Source: an uncultured Eubacteriales bacterium
GTDB taxonomy: Bacteria; Bacillota; Clostridia; TANB77; UBA1234
Reading direction: 5' to 3'
DNA length: 64,000 bases
Assembly (NCBI GenBank): GCA_964515475.1
Contig: CAZEVD010000003.1
Coordinates: 521-64,520 of the forward strand
The notes beneath the pieces are model-generated. The model did not search any database. It was not told the origin of the DNA and saw only the letters and a program-made list of their open reading frames with translations. How positions within the stretch are numbered: position 1 is the stretch's first letter; the number at the start of each line of letters is the position of its first letter. Below are positions 60,632 through 64,000 of the stretch, piece after piece. A program made the position numbers and the translations under genes.

Positions 60632-62374
60632 ATGCACAAAAACCCGCATGTACAAACCCAACAACTTTTCCGGTATCCGCGCGACATCTTCAAGCTTTTC
60701 TGCAGTGTACTTCTTTTAAGTGGCCTTCAAGTAGTGATTGCCGACCTTTCATCATTCCTGCTTCAAGTTAGCAAAAACCTTATCTCTGACGGGTTTATCA
60801 CCCTTTCTTTGATTGTTTTTGCAATCTACTACGCAAGAGATCCTCTTCGCAGTTTGATTTACAACTTGCTAGATGAAAAGCGTAGCTTACTCGACGAAGC
60901 AGAAACAATCCATCTAAGCAGTATTGGCTCTGAAATTTTGCTTTCTGTTAAAGACAAAGTAAAGCGTCACGATGCAAACTGCGGATGTGAGGAAACCATG
61001 ACTTCCAGCAACATTTTATCCACTTTGAAAAGTTACGTGCAACTTTCTTGGAAACAGCAACTTTTCTGGTACAAAAATTCAGTAGAACTCATTTCTATCA
61101 TCATCATGTTCGTTGGATTTTTGTTAGTTTCAACGGTTGAAGTTTCTAATGTCCTTTTCTTCTATCTTATTACACTATTTGGTATCGCCATCGAAGTTTT
61201 CTTTAGATACCAATGGATTAAGATTAGAAACCGTTCTCGTAAACAACGAAGAGAATGCAACATGATTACTGACAACGCATTGCAAGACATCAAAGAACTT
61301 GAACCCTTTGATAATCGCCACGCAAAATACATGATTGAAAATTATGTATCTGCGAGCTCCGAATCCTTCAAACTTATTCGAAAGATGCAACGTGAAACCA
61401 ATTGGTATAGAGTTCTTCACAGCGTTCTTTCCATGTTCGCTATCTTAGGCATTGTGTCAATCAAAGTCCTAGAAAATGGAATCGGCAATTTTTCTCTCGA
61501 AGTTTTAGTTGGCGCAATTGCTCTCGTATCAATTTATAACCAATTGACGCAAAGAGTTGCATCAATCGTTGAAATCTTTTTTGACTATCGCGAGTTAAAA
61601 GAAGAGCAAAAGGTTCACAAGGAAGACTTTGACAACATCATGCAAGTATACTACGTTGAAAAACAAAAGCGTGAAGCTCCAGCAGCAACGCTTAAAAAGT
61701 TAACACTTCCGTCTTTCGATGTTGCATACGCAGAAGAATCTAACAACACCCCGTTCCGTCTAATTAACAACACTCATATCACTCTGAATAGAGGTGATTT
61801 TGTAATGCTTAGAGGCGTAACTGGGTCTGGCAAAACAACCATGATCAATTTGTTAACTAGGAACTTAGTTTTTGACGAGTTCAAACCTTCTATCGAAACC
61901 GAAAATGAAGGCGTCGTTAAAACACTTACTCACCAGGTCTTCATTTCACTTGGTACCAAACCGCTCATCACAGAGCTTACCCTTGGAAAAAGTGAGTATG
62001 ACCAAGAGAAGTTAATCGCAATTTTGAAAGCGTTCCATTTGTACGAAGAGTTCGAACAGAAAAATGAAGATGTTTTGAAACTTCTTTCTTCGACTACTAA
62101 AACTCGTTTTTCTGCTGGTCAACTTCAACGTCTCGCTTTGACAAGAACCCTCTTCAACTTGGAAGATGACGTACAGATTGTTGCTTTTGATGAGTCCATC
62201 AATAACTTGGATGATGGCATTGCCCAACAGGTACTCGCTTTCATTAGAGAATACTGCAAAGATAAACTTGTTGTTTTCTCGTCTCATCAGGTAGCACTGT
62301 GTAAGCAAGTTGCAAACCGCGAACTCGTATTTACCAACTCTTCTCTGAATACCTATTCAGTAAAAGAGGCTTAA
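60632..62374 (+). CDS. Fused ABC-exporter-like permease/ATPase (type I exporter TMD plus divergent NBD), elevated GC
   Basis: ATG at 60632 with an AAAGGAG RBS. About 6 TM helices. Walker A GVTGSGKTT, divergent signature FSAGQLQRL, Walker B IVAFDES, H-loop SSHQ. No peptidase domain. GC clearly above the background. Confidence 0.65.
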   Translation: MHKNPHVQTQQLFRYPRDIFKLFCSVLLLSGLQVVIADLSSFLLQVSKNLISDGFITLSLIVFAIYYARDPLRSLIYNLLDEKRSLLDEAETIHLSSIGSEILLSVKDKVKRHDANCGCEETMTSSNILSTLKSYVQLSWKQQLFWYKNSVELISIIIMFVGFLLVSTVEVSNVLFFYLITLFGIAIEVFFRYQWIKIRNRSRKQRRECNMITDNALQDIKELEPFDNRHAKYMIENYVSASSESFKLIRKMQRETNWYRVLHSVLSMFAILGIVSIKVLENGIGNFSLEVLVGAIALVSIYNQLTQRVASIVEIFFDYRELKEEQKVHKEDFDNIMQVYYVEKQKREAPAATLKKLTLPSFDVAYAEESNNTPFRLINNTHITLNRGDFVMLRGVTGSGKTTMINLLTRNLVFDEFKPSIETENEGVVKTLTHQVFISLGTKPLITELTLGKSEYDQEKLIAILKAFHLYEEFEQKNEDVLKLLSSTTKTRFSAGQLQRLALTRTLFNLEDDVQIVAFDESINNLDDGIAQQVLAFIREYCKDKLVVFSSHQVALCKQVANRELVFTNSSLNTYSVKEA

Positions 62375-62380
62375 CACTCC

Positions 62381-62415
62381 GAGAGGTCAGTTCACATTGT
62401 GAACTGACCTCTTTT
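62381..62415 (+). terminator. Terminator after the ABC-like gene
   Basis: Perfect hairpin GAGGTCAGTTCACATTGTGAACTGACCTC followed by TTTT. Confidence 0.75.
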
Positions 62416-62529
62416 AATATGTTTTTTTAATTTCACAGAATACTACTTATCCCAAACTAAAAACTCTTTTTCTTGATATTTCTTCTTCACTCGTATATCA
62501 TAATTTTTAGACTATACAAGGAGATAAAA

Positions 62530-63999
62530 ATGAACACATTAAATATGGAAGAAGTAATAAAAGAAGATATAAAAATAAATAAAAAAGAACCTCTAATTAT
62601 GTATTCTCTACTAGTAGTTCTTCTAATAATTTTAATATACATAGGACTCATTCTTGTAAAAACCAATAAAAGTTTAGCCAGTGAAAACAAATTAATTTTT
62701 TCAGAAACAATCGAAGCTAATTCTTCACATTTTAATATTACCTCTGGTAATTTGTCAGGAGAAAATCAAGAAATCATCATTACTTTATCTAAACAAATAT
62801 ATGAAATAGATAAAGCAAAAGTTGTTTCGTTATTACCTCATACAGCAATTTACAAAACTTCAACAAATCTTCCTTATTCAGGAGAAGTGAATCTAACTTC
62901 AACTATGCAATATAATAAATTTGAAGGGATATCAACTTTTAGAGGTAATAATTATAGAGATACTGCCTTTTATGGAGAATTAGAAGTAACAGAAAACAAG
63001 CTTTCAAAAGTTTGGACTAATGTAATCGGTCAAACAGATAGTTGGACTGGTGTTGGTTGGAATGGACAACCCGCTATTATTAAATGGAACAAAGAAGTTC
63101 GTGAGCAAATGAACTTATATGATGAATTTAAAAATAAAGAAAACTTTATCGAAGTAATCTATGGAGCTTTAGATAGCACTGTACATTTTTATGACTTAGA
63201 AACAGGAAAGCCATCACGTCCAGTAATAACAGTTCCAAGTTCAATTAAAGGTAGTGTTACTATTGACCCACGTGGGTATCCTCTACTTTATGTTGGACAA
63301 GGTATTAACGCCGTTAGTGGCGAATCTGTAAAAATGGGATATCATATTTTTAGTTTAATAGATGGTTCTGAGCTATTATTTATTAATGGTAGAGATTCAT
63401 ATGCATATCTTGGTTGGGGCGCTTTTGATGGCAATCCAGTAATTGATGCAAAATCAGATACTATGATTTTACCTGGTGAAAACGGCCTTATTTATATCGT
63501 AAAACTAAATACAAATTATAATAATGTATACGGAACAATTTCTATAGATCCAGAAATTACAAAACTAAAAATAGCAACCAATGGAAAAGCTGGCGGAATA
63601 GAAAATTCAATAGCCATCTATAGTCATTATGCTTATCATATGAACAATAACGGAATAGTAGAATGTATCGACTTAAACGATTTATCTGTAGTTTGGAATT
63701 ACAACATGGGAGATGATTGTGATTCTACTTTAGGATTAGAAGAAGAAAATAATCAAATTGTTTTATATGCAGGTTCTGAAGTTGATAGACAATTATCAAA
63801 TGCACCAGCTTATGCAAGAAAAATTGACGGCTTCACAGGTGAAGTTATTTGGGAATACTCTTGTAATTGCTTATATGATTCAAATGTAAACGGCGGAGTT
63901 TTATCTTCTCCTATCATCGGAAAAAACTCAATTTCAAACATGGTAATATTTAATTTTTCAAAAGTAACAACAAGCATGAATGGAAAAATGGTAGCTCTA
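62530..63999 (+). CDS. Membrane-anchored PQQ-like beta-propeller repeat protein (partial; runs off the window end)
   Basis: AAGGAG RBS and an N-terminal TM helix. Repeated propeller blades with W/Y-rich turns (VHFYDLETGKP, VVWNYNMGDD, IDGFTGEVIWEY). No stop before the window end, so it is not listed in the ORF track. Confidence 0.65.
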   Translation, partial: MNTLNMEEVIKEDIKINKKEPLIMYSLLVVLLIILIYIGLILVKTNKSLASENKLIFSETIEANSSHFNITSGNLSGENQEIIITLSKQIYEIDKAKVVSLLPHTAIYKTSTNLPYSGEVNLTSTMQYNKFEGISTFRGNNYRDTAFYGELEVTENKLSKVWTNVIGQTDSWTGVGWNGQPAIIKWNKEVREQMNLYDEFKNKENFIEVIYGALDSTVHFYDLETGKPSRPVITVPSSIKGSVTIDPRGYPLLYVGQGINAVSGESVKMGYHIFSLIDGSELLFINGRDSYAYLGWGAFDGNPVIDAKSDTMILPGENGLIYIVKLNTNYNNVYGTISIDPEITKLKIATNGKAGGIENSIAIYSHYAYHMNNNGIVECIDLNDLSVVWNYNMGDDCDSTLGLEEENNQIVLYAGSEVDRQLSNAPAYARKIDGFTGEVIWEYSCNCLYDSNVNGGVLSSPIIGKNSISNMVIFNFSKVTTSMNGKMVAL

Positions 64000-64000
64000 G

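Noticed and set aside
62487-62690. 67-aa minus-strand ORF
   Set aside because: It overlaps the RBS and N-terminus of the well-supported plus-strand propeller gene. It is AT-rich low complexity with no RBS.
1-64000. CRISPR arrays, tRNA/rRNA genes, transposases, integrases or prophage blocks
   Set aside because: I saw no spaced direct repeats of 25-40 nt, no tRNA acceptor/T-arm signatures such as GGTTCGAATCC, and no recombinase or transposase-like ORFs. The high-GC island therefore has no recognisable mobility genes.

Overview
This window is a 64 kb chromosomal segment from a very AT-rich (roughly 28-30% GC) Firmicutes genome, most likely Clostridia-like. It is dense with housekeeping genes, mostly on the minus strand: mreB, addAB, scpB, lepA, fba, argS, cca, clpE, comEC, rpoD-dnaG, recG, rpmB, nth, helD, pheST with a T-box leader, rpmF, murD, pfkA, a class A PBP, dprA, folD, uppP, ppa and several RNA-modification enzymes. 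I found no rRNA genes, tRNA genes, CRISPR arrays, transposases or integrases. Seven observations stand out.

- **High-GC island.** A sharply bounded high-GC island of about 0.8 kb (roughly 50% GC) lies between the pheST T-box leader and the DUF512 gene. It carries one membrane-protein gene. A host-like consensus promoter sits exactly at the composition boundary, and the island has its own GC-rich terminator.
- **Recurrent CGG frameshifts.** Four +1 frameshifts in comEC, dnaG and helD (two in helD) all fall at an in-frame CGG. In each case, deleting the C restores the reading frame and yields a conserved glycine.
- **Other frameshifts.** Two further apparent -1 frameshifts fall in small membrane-protein genes.
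- **Repeated palindrome.** A 30-nt palindromic element, TGTCCA-N5-GGACGTCCC-N4-TGGACA, occurs twice. Each copy sits just upstream of a minus-strand housekeeping promoter (fba and pheST). One copy abuts the island.
- **Small unlisted ORFs.** Several small ORFs are absent from the ORF track: a DUF1540 cysteine-rich protein, rpmB (present in the track only with a wrong upstream extension), and a tiny tandem pair.
- **Higher-GC islets.** Genes with moderately raised GC sit beside clpE: a 188-aa and a 64-aa hypothetical protein.
- **Window end.** A fused ABC exporter-like permease/ATPase with raised GC is followed by a membrane-anchored PQQ-like beta-propeller gene that runs off the window.
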